DNA from: an uncultured Chloroflexia bacterium
GTDB taxonomy: Bacteria; Chloroflexota; Chloroflexia; Thermomicrobiales; JALYUS01
Direction of reading: 5' to 3'
Assembly (NCBI GenBank): GCA_963763655.1
Contig: CAVXPY010000043.1
Span: 49,283 to 113,282, forward strand
Length of the DNA stretch: 64,000 nucleotides
Below are positions 48,924 through 59,634 of this stretch, one piece after another (positions within the stretch are counted from its first letter, which is position 1; every line of letters starts with the position of its first letter). The position numbers were made by a program, and so were the translations under genes. The notes below the pieces were generated by a model, which saw nothing but the letters and a program-made list of their open reading frames with translations, made no database searches and was not told the DNA's origin.

Positions 48924-50561
48924 ATGACTGCGCTCATACTGACGGTCCTGCTGGCAATCGGGTGGATTGCCTTCGTCGGGCTCGGTTACTGGCATGGTGG
49001 GTGGCGGCAATTGCTCGTGCTGGCGGGCACGCTCTTCGCGTATGCCGTGCTTTCCGAGTGGGCGGCTCCCAATGGGCGCGATCTGGCGACCCATTTTCAT
49101 TGGAGCCTCGCGCGCACCACGACGGGAATCGCGCTTCTCTATCTGCTCGGTGGCACGCTTGTGCTTGGTTGGCTCGGCAGTTTCGCGCTCCAGCGGCCGC
49201 GCCCGCTCGGTGGCTGGGAGCGGCTCGTGGGCGGCGTGGTGGGCGCACTGAATGGCGGCCTACTCCTTGCGCTCATCCTGCGGACCTTCCGCTCCTATGC
49301 GTTCCTCGCGGGCGATGGGAAGGCATTGGGGAAGAGCCCGCTCTCTCGCTTTCTGATCGAGGAGATCGGCTACGTCCTGCTTGCTGCCTTCGTCCTCGGG
49401 GTGATCGCGGTTCCCGTTGCCCTGATCGCCGGGCGACGGCGGAGCGCCGATGCGCCGTTGATCGAGCAACCGATGGTGCCCGAAACGGTACCGGCCTATA
49501 CATCGTACGCACCGCCCGCGCCGACTCCTCTTCCACCTGCGCGCGCGCTGCCAACGCCGCCGCCGATGTCTCCCGCGTTGGAGCCGGTATACGCATCCGA
49601 GCCGATCATTGACTGGCCGATCAGCCCGCCACCGGGGCAGCCCGTCGAGTCGTCGGTAGCTCCGTCTCAGCCTTCTCCTGTCCCGTCGCCTCCTCCCGTT
49701 CCTCCTGCCGAAATCGCCGGTACGGCGGCGTCGAGACCCTCGCCCGTACCACTTCCGACCGAACCCACACTGCCCCGACGCATCGCGCCACCGATGATCT
49801 ATCCTGTCGCCGCGCTGATCGCGACACAGACGAAAGCAGCCAAGTCGGCGGTCACGCCGCCCCAGGATCCTGCGCCTGCCGTGCGCCCCACGACACCGCC
49901 ACCCGGCGCGCCTCAGCCCGCGCTCATGCCAGCGGCGGATGCGCGCGATGCTGAGACAATCGACGCGCCAAACGCGGCGGCTGATCGTCCCGCCGTGCCG
50001 GAGGATGTGCCGCCAGTCGTGCGCGAACTTATCGTCGATACGCAGGATACCCCGAGGGTGGAGCAGAAGCACGCCACCACGCAACCGGAGCCAGCATCCG
50101 CCGCGCCCCGACCAACGAGTGAGGGAGAAACGATGCAATCCGATGCGACCACCACGGTAACGCCGCTCGCCCCCCCGATGGTGTCAGCGACGACACCGAT
50201 ACCGACGGTGGTGCCGCCGCCGTTGCCACCGATCCAACCGCCGCGACCCGGTGCGCCGTCTCCGGTCGCACCCCCCGGCGAGAACCTGAATCGACCACCG
50301 GAGCGGGTCACCGCAGCGGAGGAATCAGCGAAAGCGCGTTCCGGGTTCGCGCGTGTCGCCGTCGCCCGGCAGGCCGGGGCGCGCCCGGACCCGCCACCGA
50401 CGCAACCACCCACCGCCCTGCAACCGCCCGCGCAACCGGAACCGACACACCCGCCACTCCCGAATGGGCCGCGTGTGCACGCCTGCCCGACCTGCGGCTA
50501 CCCGGTGCGCGACCACGCGCGCTATTGCCCGAACTGTGGGAGCCATCAGAGGCAGCAGTGA
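48924..50561 (+). CDS. CvpA-family membrane domain protein with a ~330-aa Pro/Ala/Thr-rich low-complexity linker and a C-terminal zinc ribbon
   Basis: Intact, 545 aa. The N-terminal 180 aa have 4 TM helices of CvpA type. The low-complexity linker carries PxxP runs. The terminal 'CPTCGYPVRDHARYCPNCG' is a zinc ribbon. Confidence 0.6.
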   Translation: MTALILTVLLAIGWIAFVGLGYWHGGWRQLLVLAGTLFAYAVLSEWAAPNGRDLATHFHWSLARTTTGIALLYLLGGTLVLGWLGSFALQRPRPLGGWERLVGGVVGALNGGLLLALILRTFRSYAFLAGDGKALGKSPLSRFLIEEIGYVLLAAFVLGVIAVPVALIAGRRRSADAPLIEQPMVPETVPAYTSYAPPAPTPLPPARALPTPPPMSPALEPVYASEPIIDWPISPPPGQPVESSVAPSQPSPVPSPPPVPPAEIAGTAASRPSPVPLPTEPTLPRRIAPPMIYPVAALIATQTKAAKSAVTPPQDPAPAVRPTTPPPGAPQPALMPAADARDAETIDAPNAAADRPAVPEDVPPVVRELIVDTQDTPRVEQKHATTQPEPASAAPRPTSEGETMQSDATTTVTPLAPPMVSATTPIPTVVPPPLPPIQPPRPGAPSPVAPPGENLNRPPERVTAAEESAKARSGFARVAVARQAGARPDPPPTQPPTALQPPAQPEPTHPPLPNGPRVHACPTCGYPVRDHARYCPNCGSHQRQQ

Positions 50562-50690
50562 GCGGCCCCCCGTACCGGCCCTCACGCACATGACCGCCTC
50601 TCGTTATCTTGCATCGAGATCGACGCCGACGCTATCGAGCGCAGCGCGGTCACCGCGTGCCGTTGCGATGACCGCGCTGCCCGGTGTCGC

Positions 50691-51149
50691 TCAGTGGCCC
50701 CACTTGCCGGCAACCTGCCTGGTGGTGGCATTGATGCGGTTGAAAAAGTTGGTCGTGGCGATCATGAGGACCAGGGCGGCAAGACCCTTCTCGTCGTAGT
50801 GCCGGGCGGCCTCGTCCCAAATCGCGTCGGGTACCGGGTCCGCCCGATCGGCGAGCCGGGTGGCAGCCTCGGTGAGGGCGAGGGCGGCACGTTCGGCGTC
50901 GGTGAAGTAGGGTGCCTCCCGCCAGGCCGCCACGGTGAAGAGACGCTCGTCTGTTTCGCCCGCCTTCTTGGCGCTGCGTGCGCCCGAATCTACGCAGGCG
51001 CTACAGCCATTGATCTGGCTCGCGCGCAGATGGACAAGCTCAAGCGTCGCCGACGGCACGCCGCCTTGTCTCGTGGCCTTGATCAGCGCGCCAACGGCAT
51101 CCATGCTGTCAGGAAGGATCATTCCCGGGTTGCTCATTCGTGCTTGCAT
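50691..51149 (-). CDS. carboxymuconolactone decarboxylase-family (AhpD-like) protein
   Basis: 'ATLELVHLRASQINGCSACVDSGA' is the AhpD-core CxxC-containing motif. The start is taken at M34 of ORF 50691..51248. Confidence 0.7.
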   Translation of the reverse strand: MQARMSNPGMILPDSMDAVGALIKATRQGGVPSATLELVHLRASQINGCSACVDSGARSAKKAGETDERLFTVAAWREAPYFTDAERAALALTEAATRLADRADPVPDAIWDEAARHYDEKGLAALVLMIATTNFFNRINATTRQVAGKWGH

Positions 51150-51341
51150 GAGTACGCTCCTTGTGGTGGCTTGAGGGCTCTTTGTCGAACCGAGATGCCG
51201 AAAATATCGACGTTTCGCAGTCTCCTTGTCACATCGGCTGGGTTTCATCCGTCACTCCTATGACGGAACGCGACGAGGGGAATGAACCGATGAAGTCCGC
51301 TCGTCACTACATTGACGAAACATCACGAAGGAATGTGACCG

Positions 51342-52217
51342 ATGGACGAACACGAATGGCTGGCGGCGCAATTTGAGACCAACCGGACCCACCTGCGGGC
51401 GGTAGCGTATCGGATGCTCGGCTCCCTGAGCGAAGCGGAGGACGCCGTCCAGGAGTCCTGGCTCCGCCTCAGCCGCGTGGACACGAGCGGCGTCACGAAT
51501 CTCGGGGGATGGCTGACGACGATCGTCGCGCGCGTCTGCCTCGACATGCTTCGCTCGCGCAAGTCGCGGCGCGAGGAGCCGCTGGGAGCGTACGCGCCGG
51601 ACCCAATCGCGAGTCGTGCAGAGGGGATCGACCCTGAGTACGAGGCGCTTCTGGCCGACTCGGTCGGTCTCGCGCTCCTCGTGGTACTCAATACGCTCGC
51701 TCCCGCTGAGCGCCTGGCCTTCGTGCTGCACGATATGTTCGCCGTGCCCTTCGACGAGATTGCTCCCATCGTCGGACGCTCCCCGACTGCGGCACGGCAA
51801 CTCGCGAGCCGTGCCCGTCGCCGGGTGCAGGGAACGGCAACGGTTCCCGATGGCGAGCTCACCCGCCAGCGCGCCGTGGTCGATGCCTTCCTCGCCGCCG
51901 CGCGCGCTGGCGACATCGAGACGCTTGTCGCGCTGCTCGACCCCGATGTGGTGTTCCGCGCTGACCGTGCAGCCGTGGCGGTGGGCGCATTGAGCGAGGT
52001 CTGCGGGGCGTCAGCGGTGGCGAAGCAGTTCGTGGGGCGTGCCCAGCTCGCACAACCGGCGCTCGTCAACGGAGCGGTGGGATTCATGGTAGCCCCGCGT
52101 GGACAGCTATTTCTCGTATTCGGTCTGACAATCACGGAGGGGAAGATCGCCACGATCGACGTGGTCGCCGACCCCGCGCACCTCCGCCAATTCGACCTGG
52201 CGGTCCTCGACGACTGA
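51342..52217 (+). CDS. ECF sigma factor with a C-terminal SnoaL-like extension (ECF41/SigJ-like)
   Basis: Intact, 291 aa. Region 2 'EDAVQESWLRL', region 4 'VLHDMFAVPFDEIAPIVGRSPTAARQLASRAR' and a ~100-aa C-terminal extension are present. It is divergent from the AhpD-like gene. Confidence 0.8.
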   Translation: MDEHEWLAAQFETNRTHLRAVAYRMLGSLSEAEDAVQESWLRLSRVDTSGVTNLGGWLTTIVARVCLDMLRSRKSRREEPLGAYAPDPIASRAEGIDPEYEALLADSVGLALLVVLNTLAPAERLAFVLHDMFAVPFDEIAPIVGRSPTAARQLASRARRRVQGTATVPDGELTRQRAVVDAFLAAARAGDIETLVALLDPDVVFRADRAAVAVGALSEVCGASAVAKQFVGRAQLAQPALVNGAVGFMVAPRGQLFLVFGLTITEGKIATIDVVADPAHLRQFDLAVLDD

Positions 52218-52319
52218 TGAGCCAACCTCCCGGCCCTGGGCCGGATGGAGGAAAGGAGACGAGAAACGACCCCCGCATCGCGCAGGGGCCGTTTCCTTTT
52301 GTGCGTTAGAGGAAGGTGC

Positions 52320-54305
52320 TTAGTCGCCGTCCGCCGGGATCGGGGGGGCATAGGCGGCGGGTTGACCATAACCGAGGGGAAGCGGCTCGTTGTACTCGAG
52401 CGGCACTTCGCCATCGCGGCCGTAATCCTTCGGGAGCGGCTCGAAGCGACGGATGACGTCGAGCACCTCGTAGTCCGTCAGTTCATGGCGAACGAGCAAT
52501 TCCTGTGCGAGTGCATCGACCACTTCGCGATGCTCGGTGAGGAGGCGCTTCACCTTCTTGTACTCTTCCTGGAGTACCCGCTCGATACGCTTCTTCTGCT
52601 CTCCATCGGGCGGTGCGCCGGGGAGGAAATAGAAGCTGTTATCGAAGCCGAACATGACGATCATCCGCGCGATGTTATTGGCAGACGGGAGATCGCCGCC
52701 CATCGTCATGTACTGCTCGCCGAAGAAGACTTCTTCCGCTGCACGACCGGCGAGGGCGACTTGAATGCTCGCTAACAACTCATCACGCGAGTTCGTGTGC
52801 GATTCATCGACCTCTTTGAAACCCACGAACCCTTCTGCATCGCCGTGTCGCAGGATCGTCACCTTTGTGATACGCAGGAAGGGACGCAAGATAACCTGCG
52901 AGTAGGCATGACCGGCCTCGTGGTAGGCGGTGATGCTGTTGTCGCGGTAGGTCTTCGTCGTCCGCGGTTGCCGAAGACCATGCTCGTGGGTATCACGGGC
53001 GCGGGAGAAATCCCAGTAGTTGATCGAGGTGCGGCCATCGAAATGGGCGTGGACGACTGCCTCGTTGATGACGTACTTGATCGCGACCGGCGTGTAGCCG
53101 ATGGTGTCGCTGATCATGCGGTCAATCGGCATCGGATCGTGCTTCACCTTTTCGAGGTAGTACTCGATCACTTCGCGGCGACCGTCGGCGTCCGGGAGGT
53201 CGACGTGGATCTTGCGGTCGAACCGACCGGGGCGCAGGAGCGCGGGATCGAGCACGCTTGAGATGTTCGTCGCGCCGATCGTCAGGACGGGAGGGATCTG
53301 CGCCTTGCCACGGATGATGTGCAGGGCGCGGAGGAGGCTACGCCACCAGACATACTCACGGGGCATCGGGTCCATGTTGGTGAGCAGGGTGTTCAGAACA
53401 CCGCCACCGCCGCCCATCATGCCGCCGCCCATCATACCGCCACCGCCGATGCCGCCGCCCATGCCGCCAGCGCCCATGCGGGATTGCGCGATGGCGTCGA
53501 TCTCATCGAAGAAGACGATACAGGCACCCCACTCAATCGCCTGCTTGCGCGCCTTGCGATAGATCATCGATGCCTGCAAGGGGCCCATGCCGATGAAGAC
53601 ACCGATCAGGGACGGGGCGGAGCAGTAGCAGAAGGGGATTTTCGCTTCGGTCGAGATCGCTTGCGCGAGATACGACTTGCCGGTGCCGGGAGGCCCTTCG
53701 AGCAGGAGGCCGCGAATCACTTCGCCGCCCATCTGCTTGAATTCCTTCGCCCCCTGCAAGAGGACGACGACGCGGCGTGCCCCTTCGAGCACTTCCGGGT
53801 TGCCCTTGTAGTCCTTGAAGCCGATGCCGCCCTCGCCCGGCTTCATCCAGGTGACGCGCGGACGGCCCATCAGGAAGAAGAAGGCGCCGAACTGCACCGC
53901 CATGAAGGTCATCGCGAAGAGCAATTGGAGCATCAAGCCGATGATCGGGTTGCCCGCAATGAACGCGGTAAACCGCTTCGACCACTCCGCCTGATTGCGG
54001 AAGACGATGATGATGAAGATGAGCATACAGACACGGAAGAGCCACTTCGGGCCGCGGAAGCGCAGCCAGCGGACGAGGCTGTCGATCTGCTCGTCCGCCG
54101 CGCGGTCGAGGTCTTCTTCGGCGTTGATGTACTCATTCGCGTAGGTCGGCTTGGGGCCGAGGTCACGCAAGTCCGGCGGCGTGTAATGGCCGGGGTAGGG
54201 GATCGGCGGCGGAGGTGGCGGCGCATGCGTCGGTGGATACGATGGTGGTGGCTGCGGTTGCGGCTGGGGTGTGGAGTACTGTGGGTACTCAGGTTCATTC
54301 GCCAT
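52320..54305 (-). CDS. ftsH: FtsH-like AAA+ zinc metalloprotease lacking a periplasmic domain, with an N-terminal Pro-rich extension and a Gly/Met-rich insertion
   Basis: Intact, 661 aa. Walker A 'GPPGTGKS', Walker B 'IVFFDEIDA', SRH 'ATNISSVLDPALLRPGRFDR' and zinc site 'HEAGH' are present. 'GAGGMGGGIGGGGMMGGGMMGGGGG' is inserted after Walker B. The two TM helices are separated by only a short loop. Confidence 0.85.
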   Translation of the reverse strand: MANEPEYPQYSTPQPQPQPPPSYPPTHAPPPPPPIPYPGHYTPPDLRDLGPKPTYANEYINAEEDLDRAADEQIDSLVRWLRFRGPKWLFRVCMLIFIIIVFRNQAEWSKRFTAFIAGNPIIGLMLQLLFAMTFMAVQFGAFFFLMGRPRVTWMKPGEGGIGFKDYKGNPEVLEGARRVVVLLQGAKEFKQMGGEVIRGLLLEGPPGTGKSYLAQAISTEAKIPFCYCSAPSLIGVFIGMGPLQASMIYRKARKQAIEWGACIVFFDEIDAIAQSRMGAGGMGGGIGGGGMMGGGMMGGGGGVLNTLLTNMDPMPREYVWWRSLLRALHIIRGKAQIPPVLTIGATNISSVLDPALLRPGRFDRKIHVDLPDADGRREVIEYYLEKVKHDPMPIDRMISDTIGYTPVAIKYVINEAVVHAHFDGRTSINYWDFSRARDTHEHGLRQPRTTKTYRDNSITAYHEAGHAYSQVILRPFLRITKVTILRHGDAEGFVGFKEVDESHTNSRDELLASIQVALAGRAAEEVFFGEQYMTMGGDLPSANNIARMIVMFGFDNSFYFLPGAPPDGEQKKRIERVLQEEYKKVKRLLTEHREVVDALAQELLVRHELTDYEVLDVIRRFEPLPKDYGRDGEVPLEYNEPLPLGYGQPAAYAPPIPADGD

Positions 54306-54390
54306 CGACGGTCACTTCCTCTTTCTCGATGCCCGAGGGCAGACGCCTCGTGGCCTCCCAGACTCCCATGCTTCCCGGATACTCTCTCGC

Positions 54391-55458
54391 TCAACCACCC
54401 TTGAGTTGCTGCAGCATATAGTCATAGAGCTGATCGGTTACCTGGCTGATCTGCCCATTGCTGTCCATCGTGAAGACCATCGGGATGGAGGTCTTCTGGG
54501 TTCCTTTGCCGACATCAGCGACATAGAAATAGATACCGCCTTTGGTCGGGTCCGTGGTGCCATCTTTGCCGTATCCGGCAACGTAGTGATAACTGGAGTA
54601 GGTGAAGCCTTGCTGCTGCTGCGCCTGGAGAACGGCGCTCAGGACGGTCTTATCATCCCCACGGGAGATGCGGTGGGCCTTCTCCTGTGGGCCGAGGGCG
54701 TTCCAGACCGCGTCCGCGTCGCCCTTCTGCACGGCGGTGAGGTATGCCTGCACCGACGCAGTCTCCGGCGGGAGGTTGACTACGCCGCTGGCGGCGTTCG
54801 GGGTCGCACTTGCGGTGCCACTGCCCGCGAACCACTTATCGTAGGCGAACCAGCCGGTGAGGAGCAGCACAATGATGAAACCAACCGTCAGCGTGGGGCG
54901 GACACCGAACATGAACCTGCTAGCCGAACTCCCACTACGCACCATGCGGCGCATCATCCGGCGACCCATCCGTGCCTTGGAGGCTTTCGGTGCGGGCGGG
55001 GAGACGACCAGCGGTGGGGTGTACGAACCCATCGGCGCGGAGTAGCCGCCCGCAATCGCCGGTGCATAGGCGGGTGGTCGCTGCGCTTGGGCGGGGGGCG
55101 GTGGTGGCGGGGGCGCGGCGGCCTGCGGCGGCACGTAGGCTTGTGGGGCATACTGCGGTGCGGGCTGCGGACGCGGTGCTTCGTACTGGACCGGCTCCTG
55201 CCGGGTCGGTCGCGCAGGGTACTGCGGCAATGGCGGGGCCCAGACGAGCCGTTCCTGCTCCGAATCGATCGAGAACGGTTCGCTTGCCTGGCCTTCGCCT
55301 GCTGCTGCACCCTGCTGCGTGCCGGGTGGCGCGTTGCGTGGTTCGGTAGCGGCCCCTTCTGCGGGCGGGGGTGGTTCGTGCCCGTGCGTCTCGGGGGGCG
55401 GGATGCGCTCGTCCTCGGGCGGGGCGCCGTGGGGTGGTGCCTGGTATCGGTCGGTCAT
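54391..55458 (-). CDS. hypothetical Pro-rich single-pass membrane protein, co-directional and adjacent upstream of ftsH
   Basis: Intact, 355 aa. The N-terminal ~160 aa are Pro/Ala/Gln-rich. The TM helix is 'TVGFIIVLLLTGWFAY'. A C-terminal ~150-aa globular domain follows. The gap to ftsH is 85 nt. Confidence 0.5.
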   Translation of the reverse strand: MTDRYQAPPHGAPPEDERIPPPETHGHEPPPPAEGAATEPRNAPPGTQQGAAAGEGQASEPFSIDSEQERLVWAPPLPQYPARPTRQEPVQYEAPRPQPAPQYAPQAYVPPQAAAPPPPPPPAQAQRPPAYAPAIAGGYSAPMGSYTPPLVVSPPAPKASKARMGRRMMRRMVRSGSSASRFMFGVRPTLTVGFIIVLLLTGWFAYDKWFAGSGTASATPNAASGVVNLPPETASVQAYLTAVQKGDADAVWNALGPQEKAHRISRGDDKTVLSAVLQAQQQQGFTYSSYHYVAGYGKDGTTDPTKGGIYFYVADVGKGTQKTSIPMVFTMDSNGQISQVTDQLYDYMLQQLKGG

Positions 55459-55789
55459 GTCTCAACCCTTCTTGAAGTACTGCATGCCCGCTCTCGCACG
55501 CTAAGGGCCGGGTGATCGCGGATGCTCTCGTCAGCGTACGAAGCAATCCTGAATTTCGCCTGAGTGAACCCTGAAAAACCGATGAACATTCGTTCCGAGT
55601 GATCGTCATTGAATGGCAGTTTCCTGCCATCATGCGCCGAAGCGGCTACGTCCTGCTTCCGGGAAAGCATAGTCAAGTGTAGCATAGATGCGCGCTCCCG
55701 TTCAACGCCGCCTCTGGCGCACCGCAACGCGGTAAAACGCCGCTCACTGCTTGTCATCACCGCACCCCGCGTGTACGATGCGACGACGG

Positions 55790-55895
55790 AGCAATGAGCA
55801 ATGAGCAATGAGCTAATGAGGGGTGAGGACTGAGGACTAAGGACTGAGGACCGAATAGGGAGTCTTCTGGCTACTGCCTACTGCCTACGGTCTAC
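55790..55895. repeat. three different heptanucleotide arrays back to back: (GCAATGA)x4, (GAGGACT)x4, (CTACTGC)x3
   Basis: gagcaatgagcaatgagcaatgagctaatgag gggtgaggactgaggactaaggactgaggacc ... ctactgcctactgcctacggtctactc. It lies just upstream of ltaE. Confidence 0.75.
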
Positions 55896-55912
55896 TCGGA
55901 GGGGAGGGTTCG

Positions 55913-56959
55913 ATGGCACAGCGGCTCGTAGATTTGCGCAGCGACACGGTTACACGACCGACACCGGCGATGCGCCGGGCGATGGCGGAGGCGGAGGTCG
56001 GCGACGATCAGTACGGTGAGGACCCGACCGTCAACCGGCTCGAAGACGCTCGCGGCGGAAATGCTCGGCAAGGAAGCCTCGCTCTTTGTGGTCGGCGGCA
56101 CGATGGGCAATCTCTGCTGCGGTGCTGGCGCATTGCCAGCGCGGGCAGGAAGTGATTATGGGCGACCAGTGCCACATCTTCCTCTATGAAGCGGGCGGCA
56201 CCGCAGTGCTCGGTGGCCTGCCGTGGCGCGTCCTGCCCAATACCCGCTAGGGCATGATCGAGCCGGAGGCGATTCGCCGAGGCGATTCGTGGCGACCGGG
56301 AAGGGGAACCGCCGACGGGCGTCCTCTGTGTCGAGAATACGCATAACCGTTGCGGTGGCTTGCCGCTCAACCGCGCGAGCGATCAAGTCGATGGCGGATG
56401 TCGCGCACGAGCATGGTATTCCGGTCCATATGGATGGCGCGCGCGTCTTCAATGCCGCTGCCGCGCTCGGTGTCCCGGTCGCGGAGATCGTGCAGGATGT
56501 CGATTCCGTCCAGTTCTGTCTCTCGAAGGGGCTTGCCTCGCCCGTCGGTTCGATGATCGCCGGTTCAGCGGATTTCATCGCCCGCGCTCGGCGGCATGCG
56601 GCGGATCGTCGGCGGCGCGATGCGGCAGGCAGGCGTCCTCGCTGCTGCCGCGATCATCAGCCTCACCGAGATGGTCGATCGCCTGCCGGAGGATCACACG
56701 CGGGCGCGGCGGCTCGCCGAAGGGTTCGCGGATGTCCCCGGTATCGACATCGACCTCGATCTCGTGCAATCGAATATGGTCTTCTACAAACTCGATCCGC
56801 CGAACCCCGACGTTCGCTGCGGAGATGAAGGCGCAGGGGGTGCTCGTTGGCGGTGGGCAGTACGGTGGCCGGATGGTCACACATTACGAGATCACCGACG
56901 CGGATATCGACACGGCGATGATGGCGGCGCGGAAGACCGTTACCGCGCTGTCGCGGTAG
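55913..56959 (+). CDS. ltaE: low-specificity L-threonine aldolase; about 5 apparent frameshifts plus one in-frame TAG (56248-56250)
   Basis: '[44 protein letters not shown]' is at the N-terminus. The PLP region '[42 protein letters not shown]' and the C-terminus lie in shifted ORFs. Confidence 0.7.
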
Positions 56960-56967
56960 CGACCAGT

Positions 56968-58213
<1,246 letters not shown>

Positions 58214-58257
58214 CCTGCGCGACCGTGAAGTCAGTCGGCGGATAGAGGAGGAGGCGC

Positions 58258-58557
58258 ATGAACAAGTCCGTGCATAAGAACGAGTTCATCAAGACCGTGG
58301 CGGAGCGGGCGAACGTGACGCAGGCGGATGCGTCTCGCGTCGTCACCGCCGCGTTGAAACTGATTACGCAGACCTTGCAGGAGGGCGATAAGGTCGTCCT
58401 GACCGGGTTCGGGACCTTCGAGATGCGGCAGCGCAGCGCGCGCAAGGGAATCAACCCACAGACGCGCAAACCGATTACAATAGCGTCATCGGCGACGCCG
58501 GGCTTCACCGCAAGTTCGACGTTCAAGACGCAGGTCAATCAGACCGCAAAGAAATAG
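58258..58557 (+). CDS. hup: DNA-binding protein HU
   Basis: Intact, 99 aa; 'MNKSVHKNEFIKTVAE...VLTGFGTFEMRQRSARKGINPQT' is present. Confidence 0.9.
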   Translation: MNKSVHKNEFIKTVAERANVTQADASRVVTAALKLITQTLQEGDKVVLTGFGTFEMRQRSARKGINPQTRKPITIASSATPGFTASSTFKTQVNQTAKK

Positions 58558-58591
58558 AAGGATGACGCGATGCAGAGTCTTGTCACGCACG

Positions 58592-58726
58592 ATGTTCCGC
58601 AGCCTGATGGGTATCGCCCTCGCGGCGCTCGCCACCTGGCTCGCCAACTACCTGACCGAGCGCATCTTCGGCCCCGAAGAACTCGAAGCAGGGGACGAGA
58701 ACACGGCGACGCAGCACGCCGCCTGA
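58592..58726 (+). CDS. candidate small membrane peptide (44 aa)
   Basis: ATG ORF 'MFRSLMGIALAALATWLANYLTERIFGPEELEAGDENTATQHAA' with one TM helix. The competing ORF 58570..58758 in another frame is Arg-rich and looks spurious. Confidence 0.25.
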   Translation: MFRSLMGIALAALATWLANYLTERIFGPEELEAGDENTATQHAA

Positions 58727-58736
58727 CGGCGCGACG

Positions 58737-59628
58737 GTGCGGTTGCTCCTCATCATGAACCCGGTGGCGGGGCGGCGCTCGCCTGCCTATGTCGAGGAGG
58801 TCGTTCGCCAGTCGTTCGACGCGTCGCGGCATCACCGCGACGATTGATACGTATTCGCTGACGCGCACCGCAGCGGATGCCACCGCGCATCACCCGTGAG
58901 GCGCAGGAGCGCTACGACATCATCGTGGCGGTCGGTGGGGATGGCACGGTGCGCGATGTAGCCGCCGGTCTTGCGGGCTCCGCAACGCCACTCGCGATCA
59001 TCCCGAACGGGACGGCGAATGTGCTCGCTGCCGATCTCGGTATCCCGCTTCGGACCCGGAGCGCGGCAGACCTGCTCGATGCGCGGGCACGCACGGTGCC
59101 GCTCGACCTCGGCGATGTGAATGGCCGGCCCTTCGTTCTCAATGTCGGCGCGGGCTACGCGGCACGGCTCATTCTCGATACGCCGCATAGCTGGAAGAAG
59201 CGGGTCGGTTTCTTCGCCTATCTCCCCGCTGCCGTCCGCGCGACCTTCGCCCACGACCGCGCGCAGACGACGATCGAAGTGGACGGCGAGCGGTACGAAG
59301 GCCGGGTGCAGATGATCTTCGTCGCCAATAGCGGCGGCATCGGCGGCCGGGCGATTCAGATCGCGGCAGACGTGCGCTACAACGACGGTCTCTTCTCGAT
59401 CGCGGCCTTTGGGCCGCGCTCTCCCTTCGGAACCCTCTTCGCCTTCATGCAGATCGCCGCCCGGCGCTGGTACGCGCATCAAGGGCGCGCGGTACTGGGA
59501 GGGGAAGAGCGTGCGCGTCACCTGCGACCCACCCCTGCCGATGCAGGTGGACGGCGACGGGATGGGCACGACCCCCTTCACGATTCGAGATGCGCCCCGC
59601 CGCGCTCCGCGTCATCGTGCCCGGATGA
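58737..59628 (+). CDS. diacylglycerol/lipid kinase catalytic-domain protein (YegS/BmrU-like); at least 3 apparent frameshifts
   Basis: 'VRLLLIMNPVAGRR' is at the N-terminus. 'YDIIVAVGGDGTVRDV' and 'LAIIPNGTANVLA' lie in ORF 58877... The C-terminal 'PMQVDGDGMGTTPFTI' is present. Confidence 0.6.
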
Positions 59629-59634
59629 TACCGC

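Noticed and set aside
53319-54404. 361-aa plus-strand ORF opposite ftsH
   Set aside because: Antisense to an intact FtsH with all catalytic motifs. His/Arg/Ala-rich junk.
58570-58758. 62-aa ORF after the HU gene (MQSLVTHDVPQPDG...)
   Set aside because: The Arg-rich product overlaps the more plausible 44-aa TM peptide frame and the lipid-kinase start. It is probably non-coding.
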